Part shown: positions 1 to 9,746 of the stretch, one piece after another | How positions within the stretch are numbered: the stretch's first letter is position 1 | How the letters are laid out: every line of letters starts with the position of its first letter | NCBI GenBank assembly: GCA_043228905.1 | Contig: JBHGNT010000006.1 | Location: 2,604,001 to 2,668,000 of the forward strand | From: Azolla caroliniana | Taxonomy: Eukaryota > Plantae > Polypodiophyta | DNA length: 64,000 bases | Direction of reading: 5' to 3' | Notes under the pieces: generated by a model | What the model was told of the DNA's origin: nothing | Seen by the model: only the letters and a program-made list of their open reading frames with translations | Database searches by the model: none | Program-made: the position numbers and the translations under genes

Positions 1-1
1 T

Positions 2-3000
2 ACAGCCGGCGAAGTCCGAGTCAGTGTAACCGACTACGCCTGAGGTTCGGTTCGGACCGAAAAGAATGCCGTGGTCTTTTGTGTCAGCTAGATATCTAAA
101 CACATGCTTGACTGCGTTCCAATGCGATCGGCCAGGGTTGTGCATAAATCTGCTAACGACTCCTACGGCATGAGAAATATCAGGCCGTGTCGCGACCATC
201 AGGTACATAAGGGAGCCGACTGCCGGTGCATACGGTACCGACTTCATATATTCCCCCTCCGGACCGGATGTCGGGCAGTCTCGCTGAGAGAGCCGAAGAT
301 TCATGGGGAGCGGGGTTGAAGCAGATTTGGCTGATTGCATGTTGAAGCGTTCCAAGACACGTCCGATATAGTCGGTCTGAGACAAAAAAAGATGTCGTTT
401 ATCGCGATGCCGACTAATCTTCATGCCAAGTATGTGTCGTGCCGGACCGAGGTCCTTCATGGCAAACTTCAACCGCAGTTGCCGAATGAGATCGGCAAGT
501 TCGCCCGCGTGGCGTCCAGAAAGTAGCATGTCGTCCACGTAGATGATGAGGAAGATGGGTGATCCATCTTGAGCTGTGTTGGTGAAAAGACAATGGTCCT
601 CATCGCTTTTTGAGAAGCCGATCGATTGGATGAAGTCGTCGAACTTCTTGTACCATTGTCGCGGTGCCTGTTTGAGGCCGTATAGACTCTTCCTGAGTCG
701 GCAGACTAGATGTTCTTGGCCAGTTGCCACGAAGCCTTTTGGCTGCTCCATATAAATTTCCTCGTCAAGATCACCATGGAGGAATGCTGTTTTGACATCT
801 AGCTGAATCAGCTCCAAGTTGTCGGCTGCCACTACGCCGAGTAGGAAACGAAGGGTTGTCATTTTCACCACTGGTGAAAAAATCTCGTCGAAGTCGACGC
901 CGTATTCTTGTCGGAAGCCCTTCGCAACTAGTCTGGCCTTGTACTTTGGGGTGGTCGAATCAGACGTCTCTTTTAGTCGATAGACCCATTTGCAAGGAAG
1001 AGCACGTCGGTTCCTAGGTAATTCGACCAGATCCCAAGTCTTGTTTGCCCGAATGGAGTGCATTTCCGACTCCATCGCCAGATGCCAGGTGGCTGAATCG
1101 ACAGATGTCGATGCTTCCTCGTAAGACGTCGGTTCGCCGGCGTCGGTGAAGAAAATTCCAGGAGAATACCTCTCCGGAGGTTGCGACAGTCTCTCGGATC
1201 GTCGGGGTATGACTGGACTGGTCGCATCGGGTATCGAGGTCGAATGGTCCGAAAGCGAATCATTCGGCTGTGCCGAGTCGGAGTTGTCCGAGTCGGGAGT
1301 GTAAGGTTCAGCTACCCGTGAAGCTGACCGTGTGTTAAGAGCAGGGCCTTCTTGAAGGGTCGGCACATCGGAAAATGTTACCCTTCGGACTTCAATCGGT
1401 TTTTCGACTGATGGATTCATAGCCGACTCGTTGAACACAACGTCCGAACTTCGAACGATTTGTCTGCGTTCGGGGTCCCAGAGTCGGTATCCCATTTCGC
1501 CGTCTGATCCATATCCAAGGAAAATGCATTTCCTGGACCGAGGTGCAAGTTTTCGGCGATCATCTTTCGGAATAAGGGCGTACGCCTCGCATCCGAAGAT
1601 CCTCAGCTTGTCGTAATTCGGCTTACTGCCGATCCATAGTTCCTGAGGAATTTGAAGTCCTAGAGGTCTACTTGGCGACATATTGATTATGTGTACTGCC
1701 GTGAGTAGAGCCTCTGCCCAGAAGCCATCCGACAGTCCGGAGTGTTGGAGCATGGAAACTATCCTTTCTTGGATTGTCCTATTCATTCGTTCTGCAATCC
1801 CGTTTTGCTCCGGACTGTGTGGTGCCGTAAATTCACGTCGGATGCCGCGTTGTCGGCAGAATTTGACGAATTCTTCGGATTTGAACTCTCCCCCATTGTC
1901 TGTCCGAAAGCATTTCAGTTTTCGGTCGGTTTGATTTTCTACCATAGCGAGCCAGTCTGAGAAGATCGAGAAGACCCGATCTTTGGTGCGAATCGGATAA
2001 GCCCACACCTTTCGAGTCGAATCGTCAATAAAACTGACGAAGTAAGAGGCACCGCCGAGAGACTGATGCGGCATTGGGCCACAGACGTCCGAGTGGACTA
2101 AATCGAGAGGTCTCGTGTCTCTTGGTGCTGATGTCGGGTGTGAGGCGGCTGCTTGTTTGCCATACTGGCAATGCTCGCAGAATTGATGGTCCGAGAAGGA
2201 GAGTTTAGGGATGTATCCGGCTCTAGATAGGTGCGTAATGCCGGCCTTGCTGAGGTGTCCTAGTCTTCTGTGCCATAGTGATGACACAGGAATATCCACC
2301 AAAAACAGGTTACCCTCTCTGAGCGTAACATGTAACGGATACAGTGAGTGTATCTTGGGTCCTCTAGCAAGCAGGAGGTTCCCCCTGTGGAGTGTCCACC
2401 CTCCCGAAGAAAAACCGGCACGAATGCCGTCTTCATCTAGTTGTCCGACTGAGATCAATGGCCTTGAGAGCTCGGGTACATGTCGGACATTGTGGAGTAC
2501 AAGTGTAGAGCCACCTGCAAGGTTGAGCTCTATTGTGCCGATTCCGATGATGTCACAGTGTTGTGAGTTGCCGACTCGAACTGAGTCGGAGTGACGGATC
2601 GTATATTGCCGAAATTGGGATCGATGAGGAGTCACGTGAAATGACGCGCCCGAATCTAAGAGCCATGTGCTCGATTCTTCAGTCGTGAGTAGAACTTCTG
2701 ATCCGACTGGATTTTCGATTGATAGTATATTCGGGTCGTCCGGTAGTACATCAGCTGAGAAGCTGACGTAATTGATCTCCTCATGCCGGCCACTCTTCTT
2801 GTTGTTCTTGTTCTTGAGTGCACGGCAGTCGGCTTTGATGTGTCCGGGTTTCTTGCAATAGTTGCAGATTCGGTTATCCCGTGACTGGCTCCGTCTTCGC
2901 TGATTGTTCGGCGGCCGTGAGGAATCTCTACCTCGTATGTTCGATCGGTCTGTCGAACCTTGTACTACGTAAGCGTCGTCTGTTGAGTCTTTGGCGAAAG

Positions 3001-3571
3001 ACTTTCTCCGAGCTGCTTCGGTCAGGATTGCGCTCGTGACTTCGGAGTATTTAACAGCCGTGGTTGACGCGTTGCACACAGTTGTGACAAAAGTTTCCCA
3101 TGATGAGGGAAGGCTGCTCATGAGTATCATTGCTCTGAGTTCATCCTCGATTGCCGTCCCCTGTGACGAGATTTGGGAGCTTATGCTTTCGTACTCATTG
3201 AGGTGTGCTTGAACCGAATCGGATTCTTTCATCCGCAAGTTGTAGAGGCGCCGGATCAGAAACATCTTCGTTGCAGCGACCTTCTTTTCGTAGGTGTCCG
3301 ACAGTGTTTTCCACGGTTCGAATGCTGTCGTACACGATTGCACCGTAAAGTATACCGATTCCGATAGGTGCATCCGAATCGTGGCGCGGACAATTCTGTC
3401 CAGCTTCTGCCACTCAATTGGTTTGTATCCTTCTGGAGGTTCTTCATTTTCGATGGGATCGATCTGCCCCTTGACTATGAGATAGTCCTGCATTTGTTCC
3501 TTCCAGAAGTTGAAGTTCGATCCATCGAACTTTCGTAGACTCATTTCTGACGAGCCGGATGTTGATGCCAT
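2..3571 (-). CDS. copia A Gag-Pol polyprotein, 3'-partial (no stop within the window)
   Basis: Manual translation from ATG 3571: MASTSGSSEMSLRKFDGSNFNFWK, CNYCKKPGHIKADC knuckle, WLLDSGAS protease, LWHRRLGH/CEHC and HSDVCGP/TDNGGEF integrase, KARLVAKGF, QLDVKTAFLHG, IYVDDM RT, GYTDSDFAGC RNase H start. The frame at 3571 matches the frame at base 2. It is missing from the ORF track because it has no stop. Confidence 0.92.
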   Translation of the reverse strand, partial: MASTSGSSEMSLRKFDGSNFNFWKEQMQDYLIVKGQIDPIENEEPPEGYKPIEWQKLDRIVRATIRMHLSESVYFTVQSCTTAFEPWKTLSDTYEKKVAATKMFLIRRLYNLRMKESDSVQAHLNEYESISSQISSQGTAIEDELRAMILMSSLPSSWETFVTTVCNASTTAVKYSEVTSAILTEAARRKSFAKDSTDDAYVVQGSTDRSNIRGRDSSRPPNNQRRRSQSRDNRICNYCKKPGHIKADCRALKNKNNKKSGRHEEINYVSFSADVLPDDPNILSIENPVGSEVLLTTEESSTWLLDSGASFHVTPHRSQFRQYTIRHSDSVRVGNSQHCDIIGIGTIELNLAGGSTLVLHNVRHVPELSRPLISVGQLDEDGIRAGFSSGGWTLHRGNLLLARGPKIHSLYPLHVTLREGNLFLVDIPVSSLWHRRLGHLSKAGITHLSRAGYIPKLSFSDHQFCEHCQYGKQAAASHPTSAPRDTRPLDLVHSDVCGPMPHQSLGGASYFVSFIDDSTRKVWAYPIRTKDRVFSIFSDWLAMVENQTDRKLKCFRTDNGGEFKSEEFVKFCRQRGIRREFTAPHSPEQNGIAERMNRTIQERIVSMLQHSGLSDGFWAEALLTAVHIINMSPSRPLGLQIPQELWIGSKPNYDKLRIFGCEAYALIPKDDRRKLAPRSRKCIFLGYGSDGEMGYRLWDPERRQIVRSSDVVFNESAMNPSVEKPIEVRRVTFSDVPTLQEGPALNTRSASRVAEPYTPDSDNSDSAQPNDSLSDHSTSIPDATSPVIPRRSERLSQPPERYSPGIFFTDAGEPTSYEEASTSVDSATWHLAMESEMHSIRANKTWDLVELPRNRRALPCKWVYRLKETSDSTTPKYKARLVAKGFRQEYGVDFDEIFSPVVKMTTLRFLLGVVAADNLELIQLDVKTAFLHGDLDEEIYMEQPKGFVATGQEHLVCRLRKSLYGLKQAPRQWYKKFDDFIQSIGFSKSDEDHCLFTNTAQDGSPIFLIIYVDDMLLSGRHAGELADLIRQLRLKFAMKDLGPARHILGMKISRHRDKRHLFLSQTDYIGRVLERFNMQSAKSASTPLPMNLRLSQRDCPTSGPEGEYMKSVPYAPAVGSLMYLMVATRPDISHAVGVVSRFMHNPGRSHWNAVKHVFRYLADTKDHGILFGPNRTSGVVGYTDSDFAGC

Positions 3572-4160
3572 CAAATTCGGTTTTGGTTGACGAAGCTCGG
3601 TTCGGAGTTGACCACGAACCTTGTTGGAGTGCAGCCGGTTGGCTCACCCGATATCGTTGTAGTCGGATTTGAACCCGAGTCGGTTCGGCTTCGGAACTTG
3701 CTCGAATACCGATTATTGAAACCGATTATCTGGACCGATTCTGCTTCGGTTGACTGCAGCAACGAGAGAGACGGATCCAACTGATCCTCCCGAATGTCGA
3801 TCAGCCAGATGAAGCACGAATTTGGGTTGTTGTCTTGAGACCGATCTGCACCGAGTGGTTACAATGAGCGGCGAGCAGCGTTTGATGACCTCTTCGGATG
3901 CCGTTTAACCGAATGGAGCACGATCGTGTCAAAGTTGCACAAGGAGATTTCACCTCGAGCGATTACGATCACAAGGAACAGAGTACAACCTGATGGCTTA
4001 CTCCAAGCAAGAATGATCTAACGCGATGAGATGCAAACCTGGTTTTTCTTCTTCTTCTCTCTTTCTTCGAATGACGCGAATACTGTGCAGGCCGTGATGA
4101 AGTGAAGAACCGAATGCTGTGCAGTCGGTGATGACGGCCGAACCTAGCTCTGATACCAGA

Positions 4161-4449
4161 TGTTGGAGACAATGTCGTCAATGCGGAAGATCTAGAAGCA
4201 TTCGATTCTTCTGAATACCTGCGTATGACTGTTTCTATGTCGTTGCACAGAGAGAGAGTGAGAGAGAGAGAGAGAGACACAAAAGAGTTCTTTATTCATA
4301 AACAAGAATACAACAAGCCCAACCTCACAAAGAGGTTACAAGGTCACTATATATAGGGACCGACTTAGGGCAACTGCCCTTTATGCTAATTACATAAATG
4401 GCCAGAACGGGATAGTGTGAATACGTCCATTATACACTTGTATTCGACA
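4161..4449 (-). repeat. 5' LTR of copia A (289 bp)
   Basis: TGTTGG...TCGACA termini, adjacent PBS, TATATATA near 4348, (AG)n tract. Confidence 0.85.
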
Positions 4450-4687
4450 AAACCTCTTCTTCTTCTTCTTCATTTTTCTCTTCCTTGAATTCTTCTACAA
4501 TGTGCACTTGTGGTTGAAGAATATTGCTTAGTGTAAAGAATTGTGGTGATTCTATGCATCGGAATAGGTTAGAGATGTGTTGTGTGTGTGTGTGTTTGAG
4601 AAGAGGAGAGAGACACAAGATAGATAGAATGGAAAATAGAATACTCAAGAAGATATATATTACAAAGGAGATTAACCGACGCATTAC

Positions 4688-5851
4688 TATTAGGAAACAG
4701 GTCCCTCCGGATCGGTAGTGAGAAGAATAGTGCTGATGAGAAATTCGGCTGAGGCCGAAACCGGATGAGGAGCACCCGGCTACGGAAGACCCGGTGAGAA
4801 CCGGATGAGGATCACCCGGCTACGGAAGACCCGGTGAGAACTAGATGAGGAGCACCCGGCTACGGAAGACCTGATGAGAACCGGATGAGGAGTACCCGGC
4901 TACGGAAGACCCGGTGAGAACCGGCTGAGGAGTACCCGGCAAGCGTCAGATGATGCAGGCCCAGTGAGGAGTGCTCACCAAATGAAGGGACATATTCGTA
5001 AATATATTTCTGAGAGTACATCGGGGCTATATTTGTAAATAGCCGAAAAGTCATTTTAGTATAAATATGACTTAGGGCAAACTTAGTGGGGTGTGTTGTC
5101 ATTCTTGTTGGTGCGAAATTAGAGCGCGTAACTGTGTACAGAGAGAGAGAGAGAGGAAAAGGTTATTACCTCTGTTGTAACCGCCGCCTGTGGCGAAGAT
5201 AGCAAGCTCGAGGTCGTTGCCTCAGTGCTTCACTATTGTACATTCTGATATAGTGATAGTTTGCAGTCTGTGGGTTGCCATGGTTTTTCCCTAGTTTGGG
5301 TTTTCCACGTTAATATCCTGTGTATTCTCTCTTTTCTTTCTGTTTTGTGCACTTACCTCCATCTCCCATTTCTTCTGTGTTCGACTGTACAAAGTAATTT
5401 ACTCTTCGGTTGTTGCCGAAGACCATTCCGCGTATTCTTCGACAAAGTGGTATCAGAGCGAACCGACATAGAAAAATGGACGATTCTCACCAGCACTGCT
5501 GATGGGTAGGAAATCGGATGAGGAGCACCCGACTACGGAAGACCCGGTGAGAACCGGATGAGGATCACCCAGCTACGGAAAAGACCCGGTGAGAACCGGA
5601 TGAGGAGCACCCGGCTACGGAAGACCCAGTGAGAACCGGATGAGGAGTACCCGGCAAGCGCCAGATGATGCAGGCCCGGTGAGGAGTGCTCACCGGATGA
5701 AGGGACATATTCGTAAATGTGTTTTTGAGAGTACATCGGGGCTATTTTTGTAAATAGCCGAAAAGTCATTTTAGTATAAATATGACTTAGGGCAAACTTA
5801 GTGGGGTGTGTTGTCATTCTTGTTGGTGCGAGATTAGAGCGCGTAATTGTG

Positions 5852-5911
<60 letters not shown>

Positions 5912-6197
5912 GAGGTTGTTACCTCTGTTGTAACCGCCGCCTGTGGCAAAGATAGCAAGCTCGAGGTCGTTGCCTCAATGCTTCACTATTGTACATTCTG
6001 ATATAGTGATAGTTTGCAGTCTGTGGGCTACCATGGTTTTTCCCTAGTTTGAGTTTTCCACGTTAATATCCTGTGTATTCTCTCTTTTCTTTCTGTTTTG
6101 TGCACTTACCTCCATTTCCCATTTCTTCTGTGTTCGACTGTACAAAGTAATTTACTCTTCGGTTGTTGCCGGAGACCATTCCGCGTATTCCTCGACA
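4688..6197 (+). mobile_element. Internally deleted (TRIM-like) LTR element F: LTR-PBS-~50 bp-truncated LTR
   Basis: TSD ATTAC at 4683-4687 and 6198-6202. LTR1 4688-5444 ends TCGACA. PBS TGGTATCAGAGCG at 5448-5460. LTR2 spans about 5510-6197 and is highly similar to LTR1. The 5' terminus reads TA, probably a decayed TG. Confidence 0.88.
4761..4940 (+). repeat. 40-bp tandem repeat (about 4.5 copies) in U3 of F LTR1
   Basis: Unit CCGGATGAGGAGCACCCGGCTACGGAAGACCCGGTGAGAA starts at 4761, 4801, 4841 and 4881, with a partial copy at 4921. About 3.5 copies occur at about 5514-5655 in LTR2. Confidence 0.95.
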
Positions 6198-8520
6198 ATT
6201 ACAAAGTAGGAGGAGGGTGTTTTATATAGTCACCCTCTCTCTTCTAATTATCGAAGCTCATCGGTCATGAGGAATGTGGAAACTCATTAGTTATGTGTCA
6301 TAGAATATGATTCAATGACACATAGTTAATGTGTAGAGAGTAGTGGTGACTTTTGACCTTTGAGTGCTCATAGAGTCTCAAAGGTGTGTTCACACACTAG
6401 TCTAGGTTGAGCTTGATTCTCAACACATCCCCTCAAGCTCAACTCGGTTTGGTTCCTTTCGGTTGATGTCTGCATTGGCTGGTATCCAATTCAGCCGGTA
6501 TCCAATTCTCTTTTGTGCTCCCCCTCAAGCTTGGCAAGTCAGGGGTCGTAAATCCAAGGCCTGAAATGAATTGCCGAAGCTTGTCGGCTCCTAGGGCTTT
6601 GGTGAAGATGTCGGTTGTCTGAAGATTCATGTTGATATGTTGAAGGTCGATATCTCTAGCCTAGACACGCTCTTAGATGAAGTGATAGTGCACCTCGATA
6701 TGTTTCATGCGCTCGTGGAACACTGGGCTCCGAGCAAGATAAATATTGCTCATGTTGTCGCAATAAAGGGGAGTCAGATCATTGATGGGAACGCCCAAAT
6801 CCTTCAAAATCCTCTTGAGCCATACGGCTTCACATGTAGCCACAGTCGCACCCCTATATTCTGCCTATTCGGATTTTGACATTTGGAAGCCGATTCGATG
6901 AAGATATTGTATTATCTTTGAATGCCAAGCATGTGGTGCTTACTTAAGGACGTAGAGTGGCTTCTTTAATCGGCAAACAGCTTTCAGATGGGTGCTCGAT
7001 TCAAAGCCCGGTGGTTGTACTATGTACACCTCATCTAATTCGCCTTGAAGAAAGGCGTTCTTGAGGTCCATTTGATGGAGCTGCCACCCTTTCGTCGTTG
7101 CAAGTGCAACCACGGTCCGCACAGTTGTCCTCTTTGCCACCGGGGCCAAGGTCTCTTCATAGTCGACTCCATGTGTTTTTGCGTATCCTTTCGCTACAAG
7201 TTGGGCTTTGTAATGGTTGATAGAGTTGTCAGCATTATACTTTACTTTGTAAATTCACCTACAACCAATCGTCCTTTTGTGTGGTGAGTGGGGTACGAGA
7301 TCCCATGTCTCGTTCTTGCATAGTGCCTGCATCTCCTCTCCTCGTTCATTGCTTCAACCCATCGTGGATCCTTGGCTGCTTTGGAAAAAAATTCCGGTTC
7401 ACGAATTGTCGCCACCTTCATCATAAAGGCATAGTGATATGCCATATAGTCGTTGTGGCCGAATCGGCTAACGGGATTCTTTTCTCTGATGGAACGACGG
7501 AGTTTCTCATTTGTCAATATGAGTGATTTCTTAACTCCGAGTGATCTCACAAGAGGCACATCAAAGCCACTGAACTCACTGTCGAGTGAGTGAGTCGATT
7601 CGTTGTCGTCGATTGATCGACTTCGGACTTGGCCGAGATGTACTCTAGTCGCTCGGGGGCTCTTGTGGCCCACTGAGCCTGGTTGGCCACCATTGATATG
7701 CCTTAGTTGATCTTCTTCTTCTATCTCTTGGTTAGCCAAGTTCGGATCGATTGGAAATGGTTCGGGGAGATTCGGCTCTAGTTTGTACCATGATGCTGAT
7801 TCGTCAAAGACGACATCCCGACTTACACGAACCTTCCGAGTGGAGGGGTGAAAACACGTGTACCACTTTATCTCTAGTGAGTACCCTATGAGGATACACT
7901 TCTCAGACTTGGGATCTAGCTTTTGCCGCTTTTCGTCGAATGTGCACATATGCAAATAAGTCGAATATCCTTACATGGGATAGATTTGACTTCTTTCCAT
8001 AATATTTCTCGTAAGGAGTGACCTCGCGCACTGGTTCATGAAGTAGACATCGGTATTTGTAACATCTGCCCAATATGACTTGAGCATGTCATGACGACAT
8101 ACGTTTTGGCCTTACAAGGATTCGAGCCCAAGATGTCTTGGTCTATATGTTAGACCTTTAACCATTATACTAACATATATTATGTATAGTTATAATAAAT
8201 GTATTATTAGTTATTACAAGATATTTAGAGTATTCTAGAACATTCTAGGATATTCCATGATTATATTAAATATCATAAATATTCTAGAACATTCTAGAAT
8301 ACTCCATAAGGACCTATAAATAGGTGTCTATTCATTCATCACAACTCATTCGGTTCAACACCAATTTGTAGCCCCTTAGCCTACTCTTTGTAATCCTTGC
8401 TCTCTTATAATATAAACTCTCTTTCCATTTCTAGTGTTCTCCACCCCCCCCCCCCCCTCTCTCTCTCTCTCTTCTATTCTCATCTTATTTTTCTCTCTCT
8501 TATTCTCAAGTCACGACAGT

Positions 8521-8531
8521 TTGAACCGAAT
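8521..8531 (+). promoter_or_regulatory. Self-priming-type primer binding site of element C
   Basis: TTGAACCGAAT is the exact reverse complement of ATTCGGTTCAA (8348-8358), which starts 33 nt after the TATAAATA at 8315. No TGG tRNA-type PBS is present. Confidence 0.75.
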
Positions 8532-8611
8532 CTATCTCTTTTCTTCTTCTCTAACTTCTTCTTCTTATCTTAACCTTATTCAAGCAAATCTAGCAATTTT
8601 CTATCGCAACT

Positions 8612-9714
8612 ATGGAGTCTGTCAACAAGCAAGAAATATCTGTGTTCTCTCCGAGCTCGAAATGCTAACAACCAAATTCATGGCACCAGAGCATGAAAAT
8701 CAAAGATTGTTGGGAGACCTACAACAAGTACAACAATATGAAGAATTATCTCAACAGGTGCATCAATTGGAGACTACTCTATTGCAACGACAAGTGGCGG
8801 AAGTTCAAACCTCGCTAAAGGAACCGAAGATTAGTTCACCGGCCAAGTTTGATGGTACAAGGTCTCAATTTCGTGGATTTTTAAATCAGGTACGACTTGT
8901 GATTAAATTGCATCCTAGTCGTTACCCAACTGATGTTGCTCGTGTGGGTCTAGTTGGTACCTTCTTAATGGGTACCGCATTAGCGTGGTTTGCACCACCC
9001 CTAGAGAAGCACTCACCATTATTAGAAGATTTTGAAGGGTTTATTAATGAGTTCCAAGCCAACTTTGGAGACACTGATAGTATGAGGACTGCAATAAACA
9101 AAATTCGGCGATTACGACAAGGAGATCGTCCTGCTTCCGCTTATGCTGCAGATTTTCGCCTTCTAGCATGTGATATTCCATGGAACGAGGCGGCATTAAT
9201 GGACCAATTTCATCAAGGTCTGCGCAATGATGTGAAGGATTTACTTCTTACCTTCCATGATGATCCAAAATCTCTTACTGAAGCAGTAAGCCGGGTCGTG
9301 CGATGTGATAATCGCTTATTTGAGCGGCGTTTTGAGCGCCAACAAATGTTATGCTTCCGACCAACAGAAACATATGCTTCGGTGGTTGCAACTCCACCCC
9401 AAATATCAAAGTCAAGTGTGGTGGAAGGCCCTACCCCAATGGAAATCGAGACAACATGACGTCGACGACCATTATCGGATGTTGAAAAGCAACGACGGCG
9501 AGCGAATCGTCTATGCCTCTATTGTGGTGGTCTAGGGCATATTGCTATGAATTGTCCACATAAACCACGACGACAAGTTAACCAAGTAAGTGCTCATGAC
9601 AATCCCATCTCAATTTCTGCCCCACCTTCTCGTAACCCAAGTAGGCCTAGTAGTCCATGTCATAAAAATACATTTGGTGTCTTGAGCCAATTAGATGATG
9701 TGTTAAACAAGTAA
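8612..9714 (+). pseudogene. gag of element C (frameshift near start, premature TGA at 9457-9459)
   Basis: Retrotrans_gag-like sequence in ORF 8434-9459. The frame continues past the TGA through a CX2CX4HX4C knuckle to TAA at 9712-9714. Confidence 0.8.
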
Positions 9715-9746
9715 GTCCGGCCAAAATTGGAGCCATTTGGTTGGAC
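9702..9746 (+). promoter_or_regulatory. Putative -1 programmed ribosomal frameshift signal (gag/pol overlap)
   Basis: G_TTA_AAC heptamer 9702-9708 is in gag phase. A 6-nt spacer precedes an 11-bp stem (9715-9725 with 9736-9746). Pol is in the -1 frame and the overlap is limited to 9699-9714. Confidence 0.7.

Larger units (their letters stand above)
1..4449 (-). mobile_element. Ty1/copia LTR retrotransposon A (5' LTR, PBS, gag-pol; 3' part lies outside the window)
   Basis: LTR 4161-4449 is bounded by TG...CA. The tRNA-iMet PBS TGGTATCAGAGC lies at 4158-4147 (minus). Domain order is gag-PR-IN-RT-RH. Predicted TSD is AAACC (4450-4454); its partner is outside the window. Confidence 0.95.

Noticed and set aside
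104-3485. Numerous plus-strand and off-frame short ORFs
   Set aside because: They are antisense or alternate-frame shadows of the copia gag-pol.
3571-3780. 69-aa leader ORF whose TGA overlaps the gag ATG (TGATG), suggesting stop-start coupling
   Set aside because: It starts at TTG, has no ATG back to the upstream stop at 3859-3861, and shows no recognisable protein features; likely chance.
4761-4940. Regular 40-bp repeats resembling a CRISPR array
   Set aside because: The units are contiguous with no unique spacers, lie inside a eukaryotic LTR, and no cas genes are present.
4860-5958. ORFs 4860-5102 and 5533-5958 that look like paralogous small genes
   Set aside because: They are antisense translations of the two LTR copies, their tandem repeats and (AG)n tracts.
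8434-8611. Hydrophobic N-terminal extension of the 341-aa gag ORF (env- or signal-like)
   Set aside because: It derives from the CT-rich LTR end and leader and starts at GTG; the probable real start is ATG 8612 followed by a frameshift.
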